The notes below the pieces were generated by a model. That model searched no databases, was not told where the DNA came from, and saw only the letters and a program-made list of their open reading frames with translations. A stretch of DNA of 64,000 nt from IMG/VR virus record IMGVR_UViG_3300017978_000236. One strand, 5' to 3'. Source of the DNA: an uncultured virus (IMG/VR IMGVR_UViG_3300017978_000236) (lineage: Duplodnaviria > Heunggongvirae > Uroviricota > Caudoviricetes > Crassvirales). Of this stretch, positions 17,901 through 26,500 are shown one piece after another (position 1 is the first letter of the stretch; every line of letters begins with the position of its first letter). Position numbers and translations under genes: made by a program.

Positions 17901-19555
17901 CAAACCAACCAACAACTTATACTATATCAAGTAGAAATGTACAAAATTATGCTGGACTACAGTACTCTATAGTATCTACTCCTGGAAATGCTTACTTAGA
18001 AGTAACATTTAGACCTTCTGTTACTTACGGAAATGAATTCTCTATTGAGCTTTTATTAAACAATACATCTGGATTTATAGTTGGAGCTAGTGGTATTCAA
18101 ACAGTATATGGAGAATATCAAAGCTATTTACCAGCTTGTTATCCAATTAACTGTGTAGTTTCTGATTGGAGTGATTGGTCTACATGTACAAATGGAACAC
18201 AAAGCAGAACTAGAACAATAATAACTCAGCCTAACTCATTAGGTACTGCGTGCCCTACTTTAACAGAAACAAGAGATTGTCCTGTTGATTGTGTCGTATC
18301 AGCTTGGTCTGATTGGTCGTCTTGTAATGGTGGTACTAAAACCAGAACCAGAACAGTGATTACACCAGCGATGAACGGAGGAGTTGCGTGTCCTGTATTG
18401 TCAGAGACTGTTGATTGTCCTGTAGACTGCGTTGTGTCTGAATGGTCTGCGTGGTCTGCATGTTCAGATGGTTTAACAACTCGTACTCGTACAGTTGTGA
18501 CACCTGCCTTGAATGGCGGAGCATCTTGCCCTGTATTATCTGAAACTGTAGGTTGTTCAACAATAAGCTTAACAAGTACAATATGTAATACTGACGGAGG
18601 TAATACGGTTACAAAAAGATTTAGAATAGCTTTATCTAATGAACCTTCAAACTATACTATAACAACTGGAACAGTTAATAACTACGCTGGTCTATCATAT
18701 TCTATAGTTGCTACTCCAGGTGATTCTTACTTACAAGTTGCATTTAATCCTAGTGTTACTTACGGAAACGAGTTATCTATTCAATTAGTATTGAAAAACT
18801 CTTCAGGGGTAACAGTTGGTACTAGTAGTCTTCAAACGGTATATGGTACTTACCAAAGTTACTTACCATCATGCTTCCCTGTTGATTGCGTAGTGTCTAA
18901 TTGGAGTGCTTGGTCTACATGTGTTGATGGAAGTCAAACTAGAACTCGTACAGTTATAACTCAACCTCAAAATGGTGGAGCATCTTGCCCTGTATTATCA
19001 GAGACACAAAGTTGTGCTATGCCAGTTGACTGTCAAGTTTCAGCGTGGAGCGAATGGTCAGCATGTTCTGATGGATTCCAAAGTAGAACAAGAACAGTTG
19101 TTACCCCTGCGTCAGGAGGAGGAGCTACTTGTCCATCACTAATAGAGTATCAAGAATGTGTGATGCCAGTTGATTGTCAAGTTTCAGCGTGGTCTGATTG
19201 GAGCACTTGTTCTGGAGGAAGTCAAACGAGAACCCGTACGGTTGTAGTACCTGCATCAGGCGGAGGTGCTGCTTGTCCAGTATTATCTGAAACTCAGAGT
19301 TGTACAGAAACACCAATATGTACTAGTTACATTGTTGGATATAGTTCTTCTTCAGAAAGTGTAGCATGTTCTAACTACGGAATGGGATCAACTATATCAG
19401 TAGGTATAAACGCTTTGGATTGGGCAGATGCTACTTTCTTACACAGAAGTTGTGGAATATTAGCTGCTAGAGGTGCTGGATGGTACTCTGCTGATGGATT
19501 AAGTAGATACTGGAATGGATCTGCATTTACATCATCAAATGTTTGTGTTTACTAG
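11999..19555 (+). CDS. Tail nozzle/stabilization protein (N-terminal part) with a C-terminal extension of 13 TSP1-like repeats and 4 copies of a ~105-aa spacer domain
   Basis: N-terminal GLMNKDYDVRLIPEGEYIDAENI, GNRLMFGNY and GEWGISRNPESF motifs of crAss-like stabilization proteins; repeats from 16.2 kb. Confidence 0.8.
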   Translation: MELKKTFVGGLMNKDYDVRLIPEGEYIDAENIIVSNSEGSSLGLVQKSNGLDKLTNLTLPLNAVTIGSITDEGNECIYWFVTSTAGNFVYEYNILDNESLSIILSDTRSGSANVLNFNSKYKITGANVIYNSFNKEKLLVWTDDLNPIRCINVNRAKSWAVNGFATQDISLYKRAPFRAPKCTPTQFGDGTENNIKERFLSFGYRYRYLDGEYSATSAFSNPQFYPSDFSFNFSTQENNGMVNSFNAINVGFNTGDKNVTDVQLLFKESNSGTIYVIENLNKEKEKYGNNADKTFLFSNNKIYSILPEDEVNRLYDNIPVVAKAQEFIGNRLMFGNYTEGRDLVDISGQKINVDFKTSFVAKDLKENLLNTTVSSSETTNNVLNIQLAPSDIEKGKILSISFRASSDTPFFGNYMCDLSFYLEKTYSSAFELSQSEEFITFLTTVASNNFRNADLNNTEPNNDIESYPDKYKPFVLLTATSSNVLSLKIPYIRHKIDSTPNDTNDSLFTYQNEYYHIKVDSVNVFSSDDNVYASCKSIRSYETGIVYLDEEGRYSTVLTSKDNTIFIPIKNSVTSNNLKLEIKSKAPAWANRYKIFVKDSKLNYHTIYSVIAYEDQGFIWLKLEGQDKQKVKEGDYLIVKKNVNGFTDNVEKLQILDYATSARDFIKDNKNPAGTDIIEPSGVYIKVKSSSNLTIDGAEKNFYEFKKEAMDTGDNFFVFAGGAAGFSVNKGTLSLPVVEDIPIPPGSRIEIEIKNERSGLTTVEFKKEYISSDSYNDFQSWFQTEGDGLGDFKTYEFVRGFTKPYDTGTGTFGTKLPNRGETITLNPNGYLYLKVKNQLNGNGQNRSFLNAKITITTGYSLLIFETDSIDNTSEVFYETQDTYLIQNGLHMSNKDEYPTDVDQTSNVPAIINLNWFNCFTQGNGAESYVIKDVFNKNFLSTNSRPNAVQLDGYKQVRNIASITYSGPFDKTTNYNSLNEFNLSRANYKDLDDKYGSIQKIHSRDTDLIVFQEDKVHRILYNKNVLFDAVGGGSVSSIEDVLGQEIPFAGEWGISRNPESFSYYANSIYFTDTNKGAVLRLGGDGLEPISRYKMRDWFKDNLKEYKNNFKYGGFDPIHDNYILSLATDKVDYTASLICGQAIQWLNIPSNSSYTYNIELGNNIGNHLVNYTIPGGSIFDFEMVTNGVTTYLENATGTGNFTVPKTTTVSSGVLTIYNRENTMGSLSLKNVCVGNPELEVITLVVGDSLDTNKSMTNKYEWTNSATATSGSSSLLDVFAVGDVTRFNSDTGEEGENEIPYNNSVIKVTSTKATGQFTSCNRIGYVITASDLTPQQILDSATYPAITNSGDDNYIQFTFNRTGSQKLYLVWDYIDTENCDVEATPIRLCFNESDYALACECDVVPVNCVVSDWGPWSTCVGGTQSRTRTVITPSVGGGTACPSLTESRSCIPPVDCVVSEWSQWSDCVDGFQTRSRTVITPASGGGAACPSLTETRTCSSIAITNVICNDSDGGNTVTKRFRITIGNAPVNYTINQGTVVNTAGLQYSIVSTPGDAYIQVAFKPALTLGNEFSIELLLKNSSGNVVGTNVTQTLYGDYQSYLPSCVPVNCEVSEWSAWSACSDGSSTRTRTVVTQPNWLGTACPTLSETRSCTNCVVSEWSAWSDCVDGTKTRTRTVITPASGGGTECPVLTETITCSGIDITDTICNTDGGSTITKRFRIALNNAPSTYTIESAPGTVINPAGLEYSIVSTPGDCYIQVAFRPAVTYGNEFSIQLLLKNSLGNTVGISGSETMYGNYQSFLPSCFPVDCVVSNWSAWSNCDGGTQSRTRTVITQPNSLGAACPELTETRNCPVDCVVSAWSAWSTCDAGTQTRTRTVVTPALNGGAACPVLSETRDCAMDCVVSAWSDWSTCSEGVQTRTRTVVTPSMNGGAACPVLSEMRGCSSINLGSVTCNTQENNTVTKRFAISIANQPTTYTISSRNVQNYAGLQYSIVSTPGNAYLEVTFRPSVTYGNEFSIELLLNNTSGFIVGASGIQTVYGEYQSYLPACYPINCVVSDWSDWSTCTNGTQSRTRTIITQPNSLGTACPTLTETRDCPVDCVVSAWSDWSSCNGGTKTRTRTVITPAMNGGVACPVLSETVDCPVDCVVSEWSAWSACSDGLTTRTRTVVTPALNGGASCPVLSETVGCSTISLTSTICNTDGGNTVTKRFRIALSNEPSNYTITTGTVNNYAGLSYSIVATPGDSYLQVAFNPSVTYGNELSIQLVLKNSSGVTVGTSSLQTVYGTYQSYLPSCFPVDCVVSNWSAWSTCVDGSQTRTRTVITQPQNGGASCPVLSETQSCAMPVDCQVSAWSEWSACSDGFQSRTRTVVTPASGGGATCPSLIEYQECVMPVDCQVSAWSDWSTCSGGSQTRTRTVVVPASGGGAACPVLSETQSCTETPICTSYIVGYSSSSESVACSNYGMGSTISVGINALDWADATFLHRSCGILAARGAGWYSADGLSRYWNGSAFTSSNVCVY
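16202..19303 (+). repeat. Intragenic array of thrombospondin type-1-like repeats (2-S-2-S-3-S-3-S-3; S = spacer domain)
   Basis: Consensus PVDCVVSxWSxWSxCxxGxQTRTRTVxTPxxxGGxACPxLxETxxC counted 13 times. Confidence 0.9.
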
Positions 19556-19584
19556 AATAAATATATAATTAACAATAAATAAAT

Positions 19585-20091
19585 ATGGCTACAAGCTCAT
19601 TATATTACATAGATTCCAGCAGTTTTAATACTGCTGTTTCTGTGTATACAGATCAAGAATTAACGATCAAAGCTCCTGATGGATATTATTCATTTAATGG
19701 ATTATACAGAAAACAAATTTTTGGTAAATTACAAGACGTTGCTAACTGTAATGGTGGAGCTGTACCTGTAGACTGTGTTGTGTCTGAATGGTCAGAATGG
19801 TCTATTTGTTCTTCTGGATCTAAAACAAGAACTAGAACGGTGATAACACCAGCCTCTGGAGGTGGAACAGCTTGTCCTGCTCTTACAGAAACTGTTACAT
19901 GTTCTTCTGAGGAAGCTTGTACTAGTTACACGCATATAGCTAGTAGAGATGCTTTAATAACATACACAGCTTGTAACGGAACACCTAAGTCAATAAGCAC
20001 GTCTAGATTTAGTAGTTATACTTTCTGTGCAATAACTGGAAGTGTAGAAGGTGGAGCTGGTCAATGGAGTACTAACGGATTCTGTAGTTAA
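19585..20091 (+). CDS. Small Cys-rich tail accessory protein with one TSP1-like repeat
   Basis: KAPDGYYS N-domain, then PVDCVVSEWSEWSICSSGSKTRTRTV...C at 19765-19902. Confidence 0.75.
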   Translation: MATSSLYYIDSSSFNTAVSVYTDQELTIKAPDGYYSFNGLYRKQIFGKLQDVANCNGGAVPVDCVVSEWSEWSICSSGSKTRTRTVITPASGGGTACPALTETVTCSSEEACTSYTHIASRDALITYTACNGTPKSISTSRFSSYTFCAITGSVEGGAGQWSTNGFCS

Positions 20092-20102
20092 AAAATTAAG
20101 AT

Positions 20103-20861
20103 ATGTCAAAAACAATAAGTTTCGATGAAAAAAATAATGGATGGACATCTTTCTGGTCTTATAAACCAGAATGGATGACTAGACTAGGGAATAACTTTTA
20201 CTCTTTTAAATGTGGTCAATTATTTAGACATCATTCAGAAACCAGTAATAAAAATTTCTTTTATAATGATAGTGGTGTATTAGTAAACCACGATTCTTAT
20301 GTTGAATTTGCTTTTAATCAAGAACCGAGTGATGTTAAACATTTTAAAACAATATCATTAGAGTCTAGTGATAGTAATTGGGATATAGAGATACTAAGTA
20401 ATCTAGATGCTGGTTACATAGATAATACCCACTTTGAGACTAGAGAGGGTGAATACTATGCTTACATAAGAAGAGATGAAGATGATTTACTTGACTTCAC
20501 TCAAATATCTGTTCAAGGATTAGGTACTCCAACATCAAGAAGTGGAAACACTTATACGTTTAGTTCGTTACCTTCTTTCTTATCAGAGGAAGATTGTTTA
20601 TATTATTCAAATCCAAGTAATGGTTCAATAGTAAAAATTGGTAGATTAGTTTCTTTTAATCAAACTCAACTCACAACTGTAACACCGTTACCTAACACAG
20701 TAATTATAAACAATGCTTTCTATTTTATAGCTAAAAATTCAGAGGCTGAGAGTTTTGGAGTTAAAGGATATTTTGCTAAAGTAAAATTAACTTCAACTGG
20801 TATTGGAACACCACAAGATTTATATTCTGTAAACTCAGAAGTATTTAAATCCTTTCAATAG
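20103..20861 (+). CDS. Tail protein resembling the C-terminal part of the nozzle/stabilization protein
   Basis: TISFDEKNNGWTSFWSYKPE, KHFKTISLES, FETREGEYYAYI and GVKGYFAKVKL motifs. Confidence 0.65.
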   Translation: MSKTISFDEKNNGWTSFWSYKPEWMTRLGNNFYSFKCGQLFRHHSETSNKNFFYNDSGVLVNHDSYVEFAFNQEPSDVKHFKTISLESSDSNWDIEILSNLDAGYIDNTHFETREGEYYAYIRRDEDDLLDFTQISVQGLGTPTSRSGNTYTFSSLPSFLSEEDCLYYSNPSNGSIVKIGRLVSFNQTQLTTVTPLPNTVIINNAFYFIAKNSEAESFGVKGYFAKVKLTSTGIGTPQDLYSVNSEVFKSFQ

Positions 20862-20937
20862 GTATTAAATAAATCTTTAATAGGGTATTAAAGAAAAGTT
20901 TAAAGATAATAATAAATATATATATAAATATATATAC
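20861..20937 (-). repeat. Dispersed iteron-like element, copy A
   Basis: The reverse complement reads (TA)n...ATTATCTTTAAACTTTTCTTTAATACCCTATTAAA. Confidence 0.8.
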
Positions 20938-20944
20938 AATTAAG

Positions 20945-20952
20945 TATCTTTG
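20945..20952 (+). promoter_or_regulatory. Bacteroidota -7 promoter element
   Basis: TATCTTTG(CA); implies the next gene starts at ATG 20968. Confidence 0.65.
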
Positions 20953-20967
20953 CATAAATTAAATCAA

Positions 20968-21360
20968 ATGGAATTTAGATATATTGAACAGTCGGACTAC
21001 GAAACGTTAGTTGATTGGTGGAAGTTTTGGAAGTTTCCAGCTCCTCCAATTGAAATGCTACCAGATTCTGGTGTGATTGTGAACAAAAACGGTGTAGATA
21101 TATGCGCTGGTTTTATATATTTCACAAATAGTAAGACATGTTGGATTGAATTTATAGTTTCAAATCCAAATGTAAGGCAAAAAGAAGACCGTAGAGAGGC
21201 GATAATTAGTTTGATAGACATTTTATGCTCTATAGGTAAAAACAACGGTTATACGATAGCTTATACGTCTTTAAAAAATCAGAGTCTACAGAACAAATAT
21301 TTGGAATGTGGATTTGCAGAGGGAAGTAAAAATTGTAATGAATACATAAAACGATTATAA
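20968..21360 (+). CDS. GNAT-fold acetyltransferase-like protein
   Basis: ICAGFIYFTNSKTCWIEFIVSNP and KYLECGF fit a GNAT pattern; start moved from TTG 20950 to ATG 20968. Confidence 0.55.
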   Translation: MEFRYIEQSDYETLVDWWKFWKFPAPPIEMLPDSGVIVNKNGVDICAGFIYFTNSKTCWIEFIVSNPNVRQKEDRREAIISLIDILCSIGKNNGYTIAYTSLKNQSLQNKYLECGFAEGSKNCNEYIKRL

Positions 21361-21361
21361 T

Positions 21362-22087
21362 ATGGCAGCAATAACATCAGCCGCTGTGGCTGTAGCTGGA
21401 GGAGCTTATCAAGCTATAAGTTCAGCTAAACAAGCTAAAGAGGCTAAAGACGCTTTAAATAATTTAAAGATACCTGAATTAAAAAATATAGCTGAGGGTC
21501 TTCAAGTTAGTACTTTAGGTGCTGATTTGCAAAGAGAAGAACTTGGTAAACAATATTCAAGCGGAGTAGATGCTTTAAGAAGTGGTGGAATAAGAGGAGT
21601 TATAGGTGGTCTTGGAGCACTGAATGCTCAGCAAAATTTATCTGCTAGACAGATAGGAGCTGACTTGGATATGCAACAAAAACAGATAGATCAAATTAGA
21701 GCTCAAGACGAGGCTAGAATTCAAGGAACTCAAGAACAGAGATATCAAGCTGATGTAGCTGCTTTGTCATCTCAATATAATGCTGGTCAACAAGGTTTGA
21801 TGCAAGGTATATCTGGAATGGCTCAAGGAGTTGCTAGTGGTGCTCAAATGATGCAAAGTCAAAAGAACTTTAATAAAATGATGGATAGTGGATTACCTAA
21901 TGCTGGAGCTAATGCACCAGTAATAAGTGGTTTGAATGCAGCTGGATTAGTTAATACTGCTTCAAGTGTTTTACCTACAGCTGCAAATATAGCTTCTGGA
22001 TATTATTCAGTTCCTCAAATGTCTCCTGCTGGTTTGGTATATAAAAATATTCTACCAACGGCAAATGTAAAAATTAAAAACCCTTAA
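21362..22087 (+). CDS. Putative internal virion / ejection protein
   Basis: Ala/Gly/Gln-rich with a hydrophobic N-terminus; position after the tail genes. Confidence 0.6.
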   Translation: MAAITSAAVAVAGGAYQAISSAKQAKEAKDALNNLKIPELKNIAEGLQVSTLGADLQREELGKQYSSGVDALRSGGIRGVIGGLGALNAQQNLSARQIGADLDMQQKQIDQIRAQDEARIQGTQEQRYQADVAALSSQYNAGQQGLMQGISGMAQGVASGAQMMQSQKNFNKMMDSGLPNAGANAPVISGLNAAGLVNTASSVLPTAANIASGYYSVPQMSPAGLVYKNILPTANVKIKNP

Positions 22088-22090
22088 TAA

Positions 22091-23530
22091 ATGGCAATAG
22101 GTAAAGCAGGTGCATACGCTACGGTAGAAGGTCCTAAAGTTGATTTTGGCGACATAGCTTTAAATGCGCAAAAAATCCAACAGGCTGACTTAGATAGGAT
22201 GAAAGAAATGATTCCTAAAAAAGAAAAAGAAAAAGAAGTGTCTCCTTATGAAGCTCAAGTTAGTTCTTCTGGGGTAGCTTCTTTTGACTATACTATGCAA
22301 AATCTCGTTAAGAAAACAGTTGATGTTATTAATGAGGCTAAAAAAAGTGGAGATAATGCTACTTACTCTAGAGCTGACGTAGCTATAAAAACATACAAAA
22401 ACTCAACTGAAATAGCTAAAGAAGGTTATAAGTATTTCACAGAAAAGCTAAGAGACGGTAAAGTAAGTGGTTTAGATAAGGATAAGATTCAAAACGTATT
22501 ATCACTTAACGATGTTAGCAGTGTTGTAGCTGAGGTTAGTGATGAAGGAGAAGTGTTTTTTTCTTTTTTAGATAAAGAAAAGAATGAAGATGGTACTGTT
22601 AAAACTAAGAAAGTTAGGTTTGGAGATAAGTATGTTGATAAGATAAATGCCAACGATATCTCTAATTTCATGACTGATATTTTACCTCCTGTTGACGTAT
22701 TGAGTGCGTCTAAAAAATTCGCTGAAAATACTGGTGCAAATAAAGTAAGTGTTGAAAACGGGAATGTTACTGTAGCAAGAACTGATTATACAAAAGAAAA
22801 TTTAGCTTTACTTAGAGATTCTATATCTTCAAAGATAAAGTCAGATTCAGACTTTTTTGAGGATGTTTGGTATCAATCAAACCCATCAAAAAATAATGTT
22901 AGAAAGCTTCCGTCTGAATATACAGAGGAAGATTATAAACAAGCTGAGGATTTTCTATACGACCAAACTAGAAGAAATTTTGACTCTTCTTATACTAAGT
23001 CTGTTGATGAGCCAACAAGAATAAATATAAATAACGGTAAGGAAGATAAAACAAATTATGTTTCTCCAGAAGTTTCTGAAAAAATAGAGACTTACAGAAA
23101 AGGTAATAAGGTTACTGGAAGAAGAGCTACTGGATATATGTTGTCGATAAATCAAAATGATGATAATATATTTGTTGGAAGTCAAAAGGCTCAGTTAGAA
23201 GGTACTGGTTATGACAATAAATCTAAAAGATTTTACATTAGTTACTATGCTAAGGTAGGTGAAAATAAAAAAGTTAGTGGTGGTTCCGAATCAACTAGTG
23301 TATCAGAAACAAGATATATACCTTTAAACGGAAAAGGTGCTAAGGTTTCTTTAGCTAATACAATTATACCTAAATTATCTTTTCAAGATGAAAATGGAAA
23401 TGTAAGAAAATACAAGGATGTACAAGAAGTTATAGAGGCTATAAAAAGAGCTGATCCTAATGGAAAATATTTTGGAGGAGCATCAAGTAATAAAAGTAAA
23501 AAAACAAACGACCCTTTAGGTATACTATAA
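22091..23530 (+). CDS. Putative internal virion / ejection protein
   Basis: 479 aa, ends DPLGIL; second gene of a three-gene ejectosome-like block. Confidence 0.55.
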   Translation: MAIGKAGAYATVEGPKVDFGDIALNAQKIQQADLDRMKEMIPKKEKEKEVSPYEAQVSSSGVASFDYTMQNLVKKTVDVINEAKKSGDNATYSRADVAIKTYKNSTEIAKEGYKYFTEKLRDGKVSGLDKDKIQNVLSLNDVSSVVAEVSDEGEVFFSFLDKEKNEDGTVKTKKVRFGDKYVDKINANDISNFMTDILPPVDVLSASKKFAENTGANKVSVENGNVTVARTDYTKENLALLRDSISSKIKSDSDFFEDVWYQSNPSKNNVRKLPSEYTEEDYKQAEDFLYDQTRRNFDSSYTKSVDEPTRININNGKEDKTNYVSPEVSEKIETYRKGNKVTGRRATGYMLSINQNDDNIFVGSQKAQLEGTGYDNKSKRFYISYYAKVGENKKVSGGSESTSVSETRYIPLNGKGAKVSLANTIIPKLSFQDENGNVRKYKDVQEVIEAIKRADPNGKYFGGASSNKSKKTNDPLGIL

Positions 23531-23533
23531 TTT

Positions 23534-26500
23534 ATGGAAGAAGAAGTTTTAAATCCAGTAACTCCTCAAGAGTTTTCAAGTAAGATAAAAGCTAAGTATC
23601 CTCAATATAAAGATATTGACGATGTTTCTTTGGCTAAAAAAATGGTGGAGAAATATCCAGAGTATTCTGGACAAGTAGACTTTGGCTTAAAAAAAAAAGA
23701 AGAGCCCAAATCTACCTATCGAAAAAATCTTTTGGAATTGGCATCGAAACCAAAAAAGCAAGGTACTTTATTGGGTACAGAGCCTCAAAAGAAAACTTCG
23801 GAATCGGAATCTTTAAATGGAACTACAAAGAGTAGATTTGGTAAAGTAGCTCCTTCTAAACCAGCTCCTGTTGGAATGAAGAAACTTAATGGTAAGTTAT
23901 CTAACAATGATTTATCTAAGATGAAGGCTACTAATAAGCCAGAGGCTAATGTAATACAACAACCTAGTGAAAATAAAAGAGACGGGTTTCTAGATTACTT
24001 AAGTGATACTGCTGAGGTTGGTATACTTTCTACTGAAAAATTCTTAGCTGATACACCAGAAATGATGTACGACTTATATTCAAAAGCAAGCATACTTCCT
24101 AGTGGTCAAATAGAAGGAGCAATTGCTGAAGCAACAGGTGTTACTCCATTCAAAAGAATGCAAAAGCAACTAGGATTTGAAAACATACCGTCTAATATAC
24201 TTAAAGAAAAAATAGATGGTTTAAATCAAAGAATTCAAGTAAAAAGTCAAGATTATGGAGGGGACCCTTTATCAGCCATTGAACAAGGTAGATATTCAGA
24301 TGCTGCTAAATTAATAGCTGGCTCAACACTTCAATCAGCACCAATGATGGCTATAGCTATAGGTACTGGAGGTGGGGCAGCTGGTCTAGCTTCAATTGGA
24401 GTGATGACCGCTTCTGGTAAATATCAAGAAAATTTACAAAATAAAGAGTTATCTCAAAACCAAAGACTATCGAATGCTGCCGCTTCTGGTGTGTTAGAGT
24501 CAACTTTAGGTCATTTCTTTTCTGGAGCTTCTGGAGCTGTAGCTAAAAGAATACTTAAAGATAAAGGTGTAGAGGCAGGTTCTAAAATATTATCTAACTC
24601 TTTCAGAAGATTTGCTGAAAAAAACATAATGAAAAGTCCTGTAATAGGATTTTTTGGTGAAGTACTTGAAGAAACTGCTGTAGATGGTGGAGAGCAAGCT
24701 AACGATATCATTGCTGGTATTAGAAAAGAATTTGATGGTAGATCAGCTATTAATTCTGGTTTATCATCTTTAGGTTTAGGTAGTACGAATACTGTTTCTG
24801 TTTATGGAGCGAAAGCATATATATCTTCTAAGAAATATGTTCAAATAAAGAAGACTAATAAAGCTATAGCTAGACTTCAAAACGAGATTAACAATGAAGG
24901 AATTAGCGAAGAGAGTAAAAAGATTTTTCAAATAAAATCAGAGGAACTTATAGCCAACAACAAGAGAGCTTTAGGAGAAGAGATTGAGAAATTAAAAACA
25001 CTTTCTCCAGAAGATAAAGCTTTACTTAAAAAAACTAATTCTGTTATAGATGAGGTATCTACCTCAATGGATAACATAAAAGAAGACAAGACTTTATCTC
25101 CAGAAGCTAAAAGAATAGCTACTGCTGAGATATACAAAGACTACGTTGAAGCTGCTAAAGTTAAAAGAGGAATTTTATCAAAATTAAAAGATGTAAAGGT
25201 AGAAGGTGATTTCACAGATTTCACTGGAGTACCATTGGATTTTGATATAGAGACTAGTGGCGTTGGATCTTTACCAATCAATAAACAAAGCGAGTTAAAT
25301 AAGAAAGCTCTTGAAGAATTAAATGCAGAGTTAAATCCAACTGGTATGGAACAAGTAGATATCACTAAAGATATGGTATCTGAAAGAGCTAGCAAACTGT
25401 ACGATAAGGAAATAGAATCTGCTCAAAATATTCAAGAAGAAGTTGTAATTCCTGAAGAGGAGGTTAAACAACCAGATACGGTTGAAGAACAAGATACAAC
25501 TGTTACTGAAGAAAAGCCAGTTGAAGAAACTAAAGAAAAAGAGCCTACAGAATTAAAAGAGGTTAAGGATCAAGCTATAGATATTTTTAAAGCTGGATTA
25601 GATGCTATAAAGATTACAAAGGCAACATCTAAAGCTAAGTTAAAATCAGTTACTAGCATTATAGATTCTTTAACTAAAGGAGAAGATGGTAAGTCTAAAG
25701 CTGGTAAGATAACTACAAAACAAGCAAACTCTTTAATTAAAAGAATAGGTATTCTAAATTTAGATAATCCAAAAACAACGGATAAACTTATAGATTACGC
25801 ATCTAAAATTATAGATAACGCTGAGCACAAAGATAAGTTAGATAACTTAGACGCTGTAATGTCTGGTATTAAATCAAAGCTAAAATCTAAAGATATAGAT
25901 CCAGATTTAAAAGACTTAGCTAAAAAACTTGTATCTATAAAACCTAGAGATGTAGAAGATTTAGATGCTTATTTTGATATAGCTTCTAATGTAAATGACA
26001 ATATCAAAGGATCAACAGCTGTAGGTAGTAAGTTAAAAATTGCAGATGCAATAGATAAGTCTAAATTATCAGAGTATGTAAATACAGAGATAGCTAAAGC
26101 AAATGAATCTAGAGCAAAACAAATAGAAGATTCTTTTTATGAGATGACTGGTTTAGATCCAGAAGAATTTTCATATGAGGATATTCAAGATATTATGTAC
26201 AATCCTAATTCTGATAAGGAAAGTAAATATGATGAAGCAGATTTAAAAGAAAGAATAAACAAAGCTTCAGATAGTATTAAAGGTATTGTATCTAGTATTG
26301 TTGAAAATGGAGTTGATCCATTTACTGGAGAGACAGTTGAAATACCAGCAGATAAAAAGAAAGATATTAAAAAATTATTAGATATCAATGTAAATGAGTT
26401 GTCAAAAAAAGACGCTTTGTTATATACTGATATCTTAAATGATATAGTAGTAAATGGTGATTCTAATAAGATAAAACTATTTAATATTAAAGTAGAGGCA

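Noticed and set aside
16202..19303. Repeats as a CRISPR array or a DGR template/variable pair
   Set aside because: They are in-frame protein repeats with synonymous divergence; there is no reverse transcriptase, adenine-specific variation or cas gene.
20950..20967. TTG start for the GNAT-like gene
   Set aside because: The TTG lies within the TATCTTTG promoter box; ATG 20968 has the usual A-rich context.
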